A DNA stretch of 64,000 bases from Bacteroidales bacterium (GTDB lineage: Bacteria; Bacteroidota; Bacteroidia; Bacteroidales; UBA10428): contig DATGXG010000002.1 of NCBI GenBank assembly GCA_035299085.1, positions 70,066 through 134,065 on the forward strand, written 5' to 3'. The notes beneath the pieces are model-generated. The model was not told the origin of the DNA and searched no databases. It saw only the letters and a list, made by a program, of their open reading frames with translations. Shown in pieces: positions 1 to 8,744 of the stretch; position 1 is the first letter of the stretch; every line of letters starts with the position of its first letter. A program made the position numbers and the translations under genes.

Positions 1-792
1 TTTGACCCTGTAAGACGTGAAATTGCACGTCTGGCGCTTCATCTTCTTGTAACCGACGGAAGAATACATCCCGCCCGCATTGAGGAAATTGTTGAAAAAG
101 TCAGAAAGCAGGTTGAAGAAGAAATTGTTGAAGTCGGAAAGCGAACAACAATCGATCTTGGAATTCACGGACTGCACCCCGATCTTATCCGCCTTGTCGG
201 AAAAATGAAATACAGGTCGTCATACGGTCAGAATCTTTTGCAGCACTCAAGGGAAGTTGCAAACCTTTGCGCAATTATGGCCAGTGAACTTGGGTTAAAC
301 GCTAAACTTGCCAAGCGGGCAGGCCTTTTGCATGACATCGGCAAGGTTCCTGATGATGAGCCCGAATTGCCCCATGCCGTTTTTGGTATGAAGCTGGCTG
401 AAAAATATAAAGAAAAGCCTGAGATTTGCAATGCAATCGGTTCACATCATGACGAAGTGGAAATGTCTACGCTGATTGCTCCTATTGTGCAGGTTTGTGA
501 TGCCATTTCAGGTGCCCGTCCCGGTGCCCGTCGTGAAGTGGTTGAATCCTATATCAAAAGACTTAAGGACCTGGAATCTCTCGCTCTTTCTTATCCCGGA
601 GTAATGAAGACTTACGCCATACAGGCCGGCAGAGAACTCAGGGTTATTGTAGGCAGCGAAAAGGTTTCGGATAAGGAAGCTGATAGCCTGTCATATGAGA
701 TTGCAAAGAAGATACAGGATGAAATGACGTATCCAGGTCAGATAAAAATTACAGTAATAAGGGAAACAAGAGCGGTTTCCTACGCGAAGTAA
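1..792 (+). CDS. rny: Ribonuclease Y, C-terminal part (end of KH region plus HD domain); the 5' end lies outside the window
   Basis: Frame 1 is open from nt 1 ([34 protein letters not shown]...) into the listed ORF. HD-domain motifs LLHDIGK and GSHHD are present, and the tail ...[14 protein letters not shown] is typical of RNase Y. Confidence 0.9.
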   Translation, partial: FDPVRREIARLALHLLVTDGRIHPARIEEIVEKVRKQVEEEIVEVGKRTTIDLGIHGLHPDLIRLVGKMKYRSSYGQNLLQHSREVANLCAIMASELGLNAKLAKRAGLLHDIGKVPDDEPELPHAVFGMKLAEKYKEKPEICNAIGSHHDEVEMSTLIAPIVQVCDAISGARPGARREVVESYIKRLKDLESLALSYPGVMKTYAIQAGRELRVIVGSEKVSDKEADSLSYEIAKKIQDEMTYPGQIKITVIRETRAVSYAK

Positions 793-795
793 TTG

Positions 796-885
796 ACGAT
801 TTACGATTTACGATTTACGATTATAGTTTAGGATGTATGCAGACGAATCGTAAATCGTAAATCAAAAAATCGTAAATTTTTTTTA
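796..885. repeat. Inverted heptamer array: (TTTACGA)x3.5 at 796-822 facing (TCGTAAA)n at 846-877, ending in a T-run. Probable bidirectional terminator hairpin between convergent genes.
   Basis: Read directly: acgatttacgatttacgatttacgatt ... aatcgtaaatcgtaaatc aaaaaatcgtaaatttttttt. The arms are reverse complements. Confidence 0.7.
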
Positions 886-1755
886 TTCCTTCACTTCCAG
901 AATTTCCAGCAATTCCTTCATCTTCGCGATCTTCTGCGCATAACCCAGCTTTTCAAACGACAGAATAAGGTTATTGATTAACCTTACAATAATGTCCACA
1001 TTTGAGCAGGGGATATAAAATGAAGGATGAGATTTGATTTGCTGCTGGCTTATGAAATAGTCGATTTCCCGGCGACCGAGAACTGCACCCTTGTTATAAG
1101 GATTGATATAAAAAAGGATATCTTCCGATTCATCGGCTGCATCATGCTGCCTGTATTCATCCTTATAGGCAAGTATGAAATTTTTCGGAAGATTTACTCC
1201 GTAAATGGGTAAGCTCAGCTTATGGGCAACCGAAAGATAAATGATAGCCAGTGAAATGGGATTACCCTTCCTGGTTTCAAAAACCTGGTTTATATAGGAA
1301 TTCTGCGGTGAATAAAAATCAGCGTTGTTGCGAGCGAATTTATGAAGGTCAAAAATAACATAATTCAGTATCTTGACTTTTTCAAGGGCAGTCAGGTTGT
1401 TATTGATCTCAAGCCAAACATCCTTCCGGATACTCTCAATCATACCGTTCATTTTGCTCATGGTGATATCCGGGAATTGAAAACGTGCTACATAAAAAGC
1501 ACCTTCAAGAACATATTCGGCACCTGTTTTAAGCCAACGTCCAAGATCTGTTTTTACCCTGTTGAATTGTATTTCCTGTATCAGATTTTCAAGCCGTGCC
1601 TGTGTTTTTTCATTTAATGTGCCTTCCCAGGCCTTTTCTAATTCGGGGATCACTTCAGCCCCCTGTCGTAATAACGTTCCAGTAACGGTATTGATAACCT
1701 CATGATCATTATCGTCAAGTAAGGAAATCATTGCCAATATCTCTCTCTTATCCAT
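883..1755 (-). CDS. SirB1/UPF0162-type transglutaminase-like protein with an N-terminal HEAT-like region
   Basis: 290-aa ORF. The central block FETRKGNPISLAIIYLSVAHKLSLPIYGVNLPKNFILAY resembles the SirB1 N-terminal/transglutaminase-like family. Confidence 0.65.
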   Translation of the reverse strand: MDKREILAMISLLDDNDHEVINTVTGTLLRQGAEVIPELEKAWEGTLNEKTQARLENLIQEIQFNRVKTDLGRWLKTGAEYVLEGAFYVARFQFPDITMSKMNGMIESIRKDVWLEINNNLTALEKVKILNYVIFDLHKFARNNADFYSPQNSYINQVFETRKGNPISLAIIYLSVAHKLSLPIYGVNLPKNFILAYKDEYRQHDAADESEDILFYINPYNKGAVLGRREIDYFISQQQIKSHPSFYIPCSNVDIIVRLINNLILSFEKLGYAQKIAKMKELLEILEVKE

Positions 1756-1829
1756 ATCCGATTGTTATTGTACAAAATTATCCAAATTCAATTTCTGAAG
1801 CTAAATAAATTGCTAACTATTTTTTTTCA

Positions 1830-1837
1830 TAAATTTG
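1830..1837 (+). promoter_or_regulatory. Candidate Bacteroidetes -7 promoter box (TAnnTTTG)
   Basis: TAAATTTG lies 18 nt upstream of the ATG at 1855. Confidence 0.45.
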
Positions 1838-1854
1838 GATAAAATCATGAATCT

Positions 1855-2325
1855 ATGATCCAACGCGTTCAATCAATCTACCTGCTTCTTGTTACCATCT
1901 TAATGAGCTTTATTCTTATAAAGCCTTATGCCGGTATTACCCTGGTCGACGGACAGTCATTGCTGCTTAAAGCACACGTTATAACCATCCAGTCAGGCGA
2001 AAATGTGATTTCCACTTATAAAACAACTATTCCGGTGATTTTCCTCGTGTTGGTATCGGGATTTTTAAGTTTTTTCACGATATTTCTTTATCACAAGCGC
2101 ATTTTGCAAATCAGGCTCACGTTACTGAATATGGTGTTTATTGTGATACTGACCTGCTCGATGCTGGCTTACTATTTTACGGTTAAGAGCAATTTTACCG
2201 ATGAAACATCAACGCTCAGGCTTGGCATGGCCTTTCCTGTACTTGCACTGATATTTTGCACCATGGCCATTCGCGGTATAAGGCACGATGAGCTGCTTGT
2301 GAAATCGTATGACAGGATCAGATAA
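1855..2325 (+). CDS. DUF4293-like small polytopic membrane protein
   Basis: 156 aa. The N-terminus MIQRVQSIYLLLVTILM and about 4 hydrophobic segments are typical of the Bacteroidetes DUF4293 family. Confidence 0.65.
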   Translation: MIQRVQSIYLLLVTILMSFILIKPYAGITLVDGQSLLLKAHVITIQSGENVISTYKTTIPVIFLVLVSGFLSFFTIFLYHKRILQIRLTLLNMVFIVILTCSMLAYYFTVKSNFTDETSTLRLGMAFPVLALIFCTMAIRGIRHDELLVKSYDRIR

Positions 2326-2326
2326 A

Positions 2327-2458
2327 CGTTTGAATACCGTTTGAACTGAAATCGTTTGAATAAAACCGTTTGAACTGAAATTGTTTGAATAAAACCGTTT
2401 GAAGTACTTTGATATTTAAACTTTTTCAAACTCTTTTTCAAACTTCTTTTTTAAACGG
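2327..2458. repeat. Six direct copies of CGTTTGAA (two 29-nt units) followed by three inverted copies (TTCAAAC/TTAAACG). Hairpin-forming spacer between convergent genes.
   Basis: CGTTTGAA/TGTTTGAA at 2327, 2338, 2353, 2367, 2382 and 2396. TTCAAAC at 2425 and 2437, TTAAACG at 2451. Confidence 0.7.
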
Positions 2459-2467
2459 CGAAGCCAA

Positions 2468-2932
2468 TCAAACAATCTCAATATGATCCTGGTCGGTGAT
2501 CTTTTCGCAATAATGGCATTTCAGCTTTACATTGCTTTTTGAAATTACCTGGAAACGGGTAACAATGCGCTCATTATTGGTTATGCATTTGGGATTCATG
2601 CATTTCGCAATCCCGATTATTTCTTCCGGAACTTCTACAATTCTCTTTTCTACAACCGAATAATCCCTTATGATATTCAGTTTAGCCTGGGGTGCCACAA
2701 GGGCAATTTTGTTTATTTCCTTGTCAATAAAGAATGTATCGGATAGTTTTATGATGGCCTTCTTACCCAGTTTTTTGCTGATAAGGTTAGTTCCGAATGT
2801 AATCTGCTTGTCAATCTTATCCAGGTTCAGAATGGATATGACCTTGAAAAGTACATTTGCGGGAATATGGTCGATTACAGTGCCGTTTTCGATGGCACTT
2901 ACTTCCAGTTTCTTGTCTTTCATGTGAAGCAT
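2468..2932 (-). CDS. pyrI: Aspartate carbamoyltransferase regulatory subunit
   Basis: 154 aa. Contains LKVSAIENGTVIDHIP-type N-terminal motif and a C-terminal zinc domain CMNPKCITN...KCHYCE. Lies immediately downstream of pyrB. Confidence 0.9.
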   Translation of the reverse strand: MLHMKDKKLEVSAIENGTVIDHIPANVLFKVISILNLDKIDKQITFGTNLISKKLGKKAIIKLSDTFFIDKEINKIALVAPQAKLNIIRDYSVVEKRIVEVPEEIIGIAKCMNPKCITNNERIVTRFQVISKSNVKLKCHYCEKITDQDHIEIV

Positions 2933-2940
2933 GATTAAAT

Positions 2941-3852
2941 TTATTTAAGTCCTAATATTGAAGCTATAATGGCTTGCCTTACAAAGACACCGTTCAGGGC
3001 CTGGGTAAAGTAATAGGCTTTGGGACTTGAATCCACATCCTGATCTATTTCATTCACCCTGGGAAGAGGATGAAGCACTTTCATCGTTTCCTTTGTTCCA
3101 TCAAGCATTTTGTTCTTTAACACATAGGCATTTTTAGTACGCTCATATTCAATTGGGTCTGAAAATCTTTCTTTCTGAACTCTTGTCATATATATAATAT
3201 CGGCATCTTTCACATTGGCGCCAAAATCTTTTTGTTCCGTATATTTCAATCCCAGCTGGTTGAGGTAATACTTATATTCTTCAGGCATTTTGAGCTCATC
3301 GGGTGAAATAAAGTGAAAGGTTGTCTGGAACTGAGTCATGGCCATCAGCAGGGAATGAACCGTACGTCCGTATTTGAGATCGCCTACCATCATAATAGTG
3401 AGGTTATCAAGTGTCCCCTGGGTTTTCTGAATGGAATACAGGTCGAGCAGCGTTTGGGTAGGATGCTGATTGGCCCCATCGCCTGCATTTACTACCGGAA
3501 TATTGGTTACCTCACTGGCAAACCGGGCAGTTCCTTCAAGCGGATGCCTCATCACAATAAGATCGCAATAATTACTTACGATTTTAATAGTATCATAAAG
3601 GGTTTCACCCTTTGTAACGCTTGATGAGCTTGAGTCGCTGAATCCGATGACTTTCCCTCCGAGTTTCAGCACGGCACTTTCAAAGCTGAGCCTTGTGCGT
3701 GTAGAGGGTTCAAAGAAAAGTGTGGCAACTACTTTATCCTTCAGCAAGCCGGGTTGTGGATTTTTTTCAAACTCATCGGCCAGCTGAAGTATGCGGAGAT
3801 ATTCCTCCTTGCTGTAATCGGTAATGGAAACCAGGCTTTTATTATTTATCAT
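2941..3852 (-). CDS. pyrB: Aspartate carbamoyltransferase catalytic subunit
   Basis: 303 aa with [17 protein letters not shown] and HPLPR signature motifs. Confidence 0.95.
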   Translation of the reverse strand: MINNKSLVSITDYSKEEYLRILQLADEFEKNPQPGLLKDKVVATLFFEPSTRTRLSFESAVLKLGGKVIGFSDSSSSSVTKGETLYDTIKIVSNYCDLIVMRHPLEGTARFASEVTNIPVVNAGDGANQHPTQTLLDLYSIQKTQGTLDNLTIMMVGDLKYGRTVHSLLMAMTQFQTTFHFISPDELKMPEEYKYYLNQLGLKYTEQKDFGANVKDADIIYMTRVQKERFSDPIEYERTKNAYVLKNKMLDGTKETMKVLHPLPRVNEIDQDVDSSPKAYYFTQALNGVFVRQAIIASILGLK

Positions 3853-3916
3853 AAGATTCAGATTTTACTGCAATTAAGTTATTGTATTTTATGCATTATT
3901 TCTATGACTTTAATCT

Positions 3917-4507
3917 TCACTTTATATGAATATCACCAAGGGCCGAAAGCTTTTGAATTACCTTATCATATGATCCTTTTCTTACATGAAGCTGCATGCT
4001 GCAATCCATTTCGTACACCGGATGCTCAGGGACCAGGTTCTCATCTTTCAGTATTCGCATGATGCTGTTCAGTTTTTCATAAGGAAATTTCAATTCAATG
4101 GTTTGTTCAATAAATCGTTCAGTGATAGCAGCATGTTCAAACATATCGGCTGTTGCCGACTTATAGGCATTGATGAGACCTCCGGTTCCCAGCAATGTTC
4201 CGCCGAAATACCTTACCACAACAACGAGGACATTGGTTACACCATGAGATAAAATCTGGTTATAGATCGGTTTACCGGCAGTTCCTGAAGGTTCACCGTC
4301 ATCATTCATCCTGGTTTGCTCTGATTCAACACCTATTCGGTAGGCATAACAATGATGCCTTGCATCATGATATTTCTTCCGGAGAACTTCAAGAATCTCA
4401 AGCGCTTCATTCACAGAGGTAACCGGATTACCAAATGCAAGAAACCGGCTGTTCCGGTCGCGGAATGTTCCTTCAGCAGGTTGATCTATGGTTCTGTAAG
4501 CATCCAT
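3917..4507 (-). CDS. YigZ/IMPACT (UPF0029) family protein
   Basis: 196 aa with KYHDARHHCYAYR and DDGEPSGTAGKPI motifs. Confidence 0.8.
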   Translation of the reverse strand: MDAYRTIDQPAEGTFRDRNSRFLAFGNPVTSVNEALEILEVLRKKYHDARHHCYAYRIGVESEQTRMNDDGEPSGTAGKPIYNQILSHGVTNVLVVVVRYFGGTLLGTGGLINAYKSATADMFEHAAITERFIEQTIELKFPYEKLNSIMRILKDENLVPEHPVYEMDCSMQLHVRKGSYDKVIQKLSALGDIHIK

Positions 4508-4526
4508 TCAACTGAAAATAGCAGGC

Positions 4527-4558
4527 AAAAAAAAAGGTTCATTTTTCAATGAACCTTT
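4527..4558 (-). terminator. Rho-independent terminator downstream of dnaA
   Basis: 10-bp stem aaaggttcat/atgaaccttt with a 6-nt loop. On the minus strand it is followed by a run of about 9 T. Confidence 0.75.
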
Positions 4559-4564
4559 TTGTAT

Positions 4565-5986
4565 CTAGAATTTGAGTTTCTTTTCTATTTCTTCGATCTG
4601 GCCCTTAAACTGTTTATCCGTTTCAACCAGATTATTCACTGTTTTACAGGCATGAAGAACCGTTGCATGATCTTTTCCACCGATTTGTGACCCGATGGTG
4701 GCAAGAGAAGATTTTGTAAGGTTCTTCGAAAAATACATGGCAACCTGTCTGGCCTGTACAATTTCTCTTTTTCTCGTCTTCGACTGCAGAGAATCAACAG
4801 GCACATCAAAGTAATTGCAAACTACTTTCTGGATATAATCGATTGAAACTTCACGTTTTGTATTCTTGATCAGTTTGTCGATCATTTCCTTGGCCAGGTT
4901 GAGCGTGATCTCCTTTTTATTCAGCGTGCTCTGGGCAAGTAACGAAATCAGGGCGCCTTCAAGTTCCCTCACATTATCGGTAATATGGGTGGCTATGTAT
5001 TCAACCACGTCATCAGGCAGCGTAATCCCGTCTTTATAGGTCTTCTGCTTCAGAATGGCAACCCTTGTCTCGTAGTCAGGTATCTGCAGATCAGCTGAAA
5101 GCCCCCATTTGAACCTCGAAAGCAGCCGCTGCTCCAAGCCCTGCAATTCAACCGGAGGTTTATCGCAGGTAAGGATGAGCTGTTTGCCCGACTGATGAAG
5201 ATGATTGAAAATATGGAAGAAGATATCCTGAGTCTTTTCCTTGCCTGCAAATTCATGAACATCATCAATTACAAGCACATCAATCATCTGGTAGAAATGG
5301 AGAAAATCGTTCTTTGTGTTATTCCTGATGGCCTCTACGAATTGTGTCTGAAATCGGTTGGCAGGAACATATAAAACTGTTTTATCCTGGAACTTATCTT
5401 TAATTTCAATACCTATGGCTTGTGCAAGATGGGTTTTACCCAGTCCGCTGTCACCATAGATCAGCAGGGGATTAAAGGCAGTTCCTCCTGGATTATTGGC
5501 CACGGCAAAGCCCGCTGAACGGGCAAGCCTGTTGCATTCACCTTCAACAAAATTATCGAAGGAATACTCAGCATTAAGCCTGGGATCGATGTTCATCTTC
5601 TTGATCCCCGGGAAAATAAAAGGATTCCGGATGGTGTTTTCTTCCACATTGATCGGCACACTTACCGGATTGTTCTTTATTTCAATCTGGTTTTTAGCAG
5701 GGAGCTTAATGGTATAGAGCTTTGTTGCAGACTGGCCTGGATTTTCCATGACAATGCTGTACTCCAGTTTTGCTTCATAGCCAAGTTCCTTCCTCAGCGT
5801 TTTACTGATGATGTCGATATACTTTTCTTCCAGGTATTCATAAAAGAATGGGCTTGGCACCTGGATGGTAAGTATTTTATTCTCTAACCGCAAAGGAACT
5901 ATGGGTTCAAACCATGTGCGAAAACTGATAGAAGGTACGTTGTCTTTTATAATTTTTAAGCAATTACTCCAGACTTCTTTGTGCAT
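4565..5986 (-). CDS. dnaA: Chromosomal replication initiator protein DnaA
   Basis: 473 aa. Walker A GDSGLGKTHL, box VII/sensor motifs, and the C-terminal DNA-binding helix IGGKDHATVLHA. Confidence 0.97.
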   Translation of the reverse strand: MHKEVWSNCLKIIKDNVPSISFRTWFEPIVPLRLENKILTIQVPSPFFYEYLEEKYIDIISKTLRKELGYEAKLEYSIVMENPGQSATKLYTIKLPAKNQIEIKNNPVSVPINVEENTIRNPFIFPGIKKMNIDPRLNAEYSFDNFVEGECNRLARSAGFAVANNPGGTAFNPLLIYGDSGLGKTHLAQAIGIEIKDKFQDKTVLYVPANRFQTQFVEAIRNNTKNDFLHFYQMIDVLVIDDVHEFAGKEKTQDIFFHIFNHLHQSGKQLILTCDKPPVELQGLEQRLLSRFKWGLSADLQIPDYETRVAILKQKTYKDGITLPDDVVEYIATHITDNVRELEGALISLLAQSTLNKKEITLNLAKEMIDKLIKNTKREVSIDYIQKVVCNYFDVPVDSLQSKTRKREIVQARQVAMYFSKNLTKSSLATIGSQIGGKDHATVLHACKTVNNLVETDKQFKGQIEEIEKKLKF

Positions 5987-6329
5987 ATTAAATTTTGGTT
6001 TAGGTTAGGTTAATAACTGTTTTTGTCGGCTGATTTATTGTCACAGCAAGATTGTGAAAAAAAAATAAAAAAAAAAATCATTTTTCGCTTGATTTTCTTC
6101 TAAAAAAGGTATCCATGTTTATTTCAGTTATTTAATGATTCAGAATTTTGACAAAAGTATAATGTATTGATAATGATTACATTGTAAAACTATCATGAAT
6201 ACAAATTTGTCTTTTAGGACCTTAAGTGAAATATGTAAAGTTTTAATTTTAGGAATAAAGGATTAAACACTTTTGATATGAACTAAACAAATCAAAACAG
6301 CATTTTTCACCATTGTTAATAACTTAAAT

Positions 6330-7259
6330 TTATTTATCCTTTTTACCGAAAACAGAAAGGTGAACATATCGTTTCGGATGTTCCCGGAGGTCAATTAACA
6401 GAGAATCAAGACTTGACAGCGCATTATTGAGATTGTTGTAAACAGAGTCATTTACCATCAGCTGACCGGCTGTACCCTGACCGTTATTGATTTTTGTAAA
6501 CAGGTCAGTGGTTTGCGCGAATGTTTCACTTGCATGTACAATCAGGGCTTTCAGTTCAGCCTGTTTCAGTGTGTCGGATATTGCGGCAAAATTGGCAAGG
6601 ATGTTAGAAATATTCTCGTTGCTTTTCTTAAGATTGGCGGTAACTTCATTCAGATTCCCGAGTGTCTGTCCAAGCTGGCCTGAAGGTTGAAGATTTGAGC
6701 GTAACGAAGCCGTTGCAGAATTGAGGTTTGCCATCATATTTTTGAGGTTAGTCCTTGTCTGCGGGTCAAGCACGTCATTCAACGATAGCAAAAGCGTATC
6801 CACTGCACCGATCACAGATTGTACCTTATTAATTACAGGATCAAGAACACTGGTGATGTCAGGTTCAATTCCTCCTATCAGCGTATCGCCCGATACATGA
6901 AATCCGTTTTCAGTTCCCGGAATTATGTCGATATCCTTTGATCCTGATATCAGGCTGCCACTCTTGAGCAGTAAAGTCGTATTCTTTTGCAACCTGATGT
7001 CTTTATCCATTGAAATCTTCACTACGATGCGGTTTACATTGTCTTTGTCGAACTGGATTTTTGTAACATTCCCGACTTTATACCCATTGAGATTGACGAC
7101 TGCATTTTCAACAAGACCTTTAACGTTATTATACACAGCATAATACTGTTGACTCGACTCAAAAATGTTTTTACCTTTCAGATAATTGATTCCCCAAATG
7201 GCAAGGGCCACTGCAACAAAGGCAACAAAACCGATTTTAAATTCTCTGGAAAATTTCAT
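6330..7259 (-). CDS. MlaD/MCE-domain membrane-anchored protein
   Basis: 309 aa. N-terminal TM anchor, MCE-like block VNLNGYKVGNVTKI, and a long helical N/L/S-rich C-terminus. Confidence 0.75.
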   Translation of the reverse strand: MKFSREFKIGFVAFVAVALAIWGINYLKGKNIFESSQQYYAVYNNVKGLVENAVVNLNGYKVGNVTKIQFDKDNVNRIVVKISMDKDIRLQKNTTLLLKSGSLISGSKDIDIIPGTENGFHVSGDTLIGGIEPDITSVLDPVINKVQSVIGAVDTLLLSLNDVLDPQTRTNLKNMMANLNSATASLRSNLQPSGQLGQTLGNLNEVTANLKKSNENISNILANFAAISDTLKQAELKALIVHASETFAQTTDLFTKINNGQGTAGQLMVNDSVYNNLNNALSSLDSLLIDLREHPKRYVHLSVFGKKDK

Positions 7260-7271
7260 GTTTTAGTATTT

Positions 7272-7449
7272 TAGGCTATTAGGCTATTAGGCTATTAGTT
7301 AGTTTATAATATGTTTATAACAAAGTTCTTAAATGGGACGTATAGGACCCATGGGACGCATGCGACTTCCCGTTTAATGCTTCGACTCCGCTCAGCATGA
7401 CATCCGGTATCCAGCATCTCACCTACTCCCTACTCCTTACTCCCTACTG
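7272..7449. repeat. Composite spacer of three different short-period tandem repeats: (TAGGCTAT)x3.4 at 7272-7298, a 9-mer GGGACNNAT x4 at 7334-7369, and (CTACTCC[C/T])x4 at 7422-7449
   Basis: Read directly. The last array runs into the stop codon of the amidase gene (7444-7446). Confidence 0.7.
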
Positions 7450-8637
7450 CTCCTTCAGCGCCCTATCAAGCGGAATAATGGTGTCATTCTTCACTGCAAT
7501 GATAAAGGCATCCGGAAATTTTTCCTTCACTGTTTTACTATAAGGAATAATATCTTTAAAGGTACTGCTGCTTCCGACAGCATACTTATAATAATTACCC
7601 ACCCTGTATTGCGAAACATCCTTCATGCCCTTAAACAGGTGTGATCCCTGTGTTATGGGTTTGAGTGATGCTGCAATCTGAACTTTAAACTGAATATCGG
7701 GCTTTTTCGTTTCAAAACGATTGTCAGGAGCAACGGGATCAGGATCGACACCCGAAGAAGTATCGGTCGGATCCAGACTATTGCTGTCGGTAATTACGAC
7801 ATGGCGATTTCCCAAAGAAGCCGTCAGCGTTGATTTTGAATCCACAATATCTTTATAGTCCCTGAAAGCCCTGTAAATTGCCGATGCCAGGTAATCCTGT
7901 CCCTGCTTGCTCATCAGAAACGCCTCTTCATCAGGGTTTGAAAGAAAACCTGTTTCCACAAGTATTCCGGGCATTGCTGACTGCGCAAGGACAAGTAACC
8001 CTTGTCGCTTAACACCCTTATCACTCCTTTGTGCCTTTTCCCTGAATTGGTCCTGAACCAGCCCTGCAATGATGACGCTCTGGTCAAAATACAAGTTCTG
8101 CATCAGCGAGAACATGATATACGATTCCGGATCATTGGGATCAAAGCCGGCATACTTAGTATTATAATTATCCTCTAACAAAATAACGGAGTTTTCCTTT
8201 TTTGCCACCTCAAAATTCTCACTTGTCCTATTTAGGCCCAAAACCAAGGTCATGGTTCCTGAAATCTGCGGATTACTGATGGCATTTACATGAATCGATA
8301 TAATGAGGTCGGCTTTATTTTTATTGGCTATTTCCGCTCTTTCCAAAAGGGGAACAAACACATCGGTTTTACGGGTATAAATCACTTTAACTTCCGGTAT
8401 GTTCTCTTCAATATATTTCCCTGCTTTTAAAGCGATTGCAAGAGCGAGTTCCTTTTCTGTAGCATGTTTACCGATCGAGCCCGGATCTTTGCCACCATGC
8501 CCGGCATCTATAACCACCGTTTTTAGCTTATACCCGTTATCAGGAGTCTGAGCAGCTATCGATACCGGCCCGAGGATGAAAACATAAAAAAGTATAAAAA
8601 ACCTCTGAAAAATGAGCACGGTACATTTTTTGTTCAT
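7444..8637 (-). CDS. N-acetylmuramoyl-L-alanine amidase (Amidase_3) with a SPOR-like C-terminal domain
   Basis: 397 aa. Signal peptide, VVIDAGHGGKDPG and ISIHVNA motifs. C-terminal FKVQIAAS...YKYAVG is SPOR-like. Confidence 0.85.
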   Translation of the reverse strand: MNKKCTVLIFQRFFILFYVFILGPVSIAAQTPDNGYKLKTVVIDAGHGGKDPGSIGKHATEKELALAIALKAGKYIEENIPEVKVIYTRKTDVFVPLLERAEIANKNKADLIISIHVNAISNPQISGTMTLVLGLNRTSENFEVAKKENSVILLEDNYNTKYAGFDPNDPESYIMFSLMQNLYFDQSVIIAGLVQDQFREKAQRSDKGVKRQGLLVLAQSAMPGILVETGFLSNPDEEAFLMSKQGQDYLASAIYRAFRDYKDIVDSKSTLTASLGNRHVVITDSNSLDPTDTSSGVDPDPVAPDNRFETKKPDIQFKVQIAASLKPITQGSHLFKGMKDVSQYRVGNYYKYAVGSSSTFKDIIPYSKTVKEKFPDAFIIAVKNDTIIPLDRALKEQ

Positions 8638-8655
8638 TTCAACACGTTATTTTAT

Positions 8656-8663
8656 TAGCTTTG
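8656..8663 (+). promoter_or_regulatory. Candidate -7 box (TAGCTTTG) for the LptD-like gene
   Basis: Matches TAnnTTTG, 82 nt upstream of the ATG at 8745. Confidence 0.35.
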
Positions 8664-8687
8664 CAGCCTATGACCTTTTTGGATATG

Positions 8688-8695
8688 CAAAATTA
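8688..8695 (-). promoter_or_regulatory. Candidate -7 box (TAATTTTG on the minus strand) for the amidase gene
   Basis: The plus strand reads CAAAATTA, about 50 nt upstream of the start at 8637. Confidence 0.35.
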
Positions 8696-8744
8696 GCATT
8701 TCTTATTGATTCAATAAGCAGCATTTTTGGGGAACAATGTTCTT

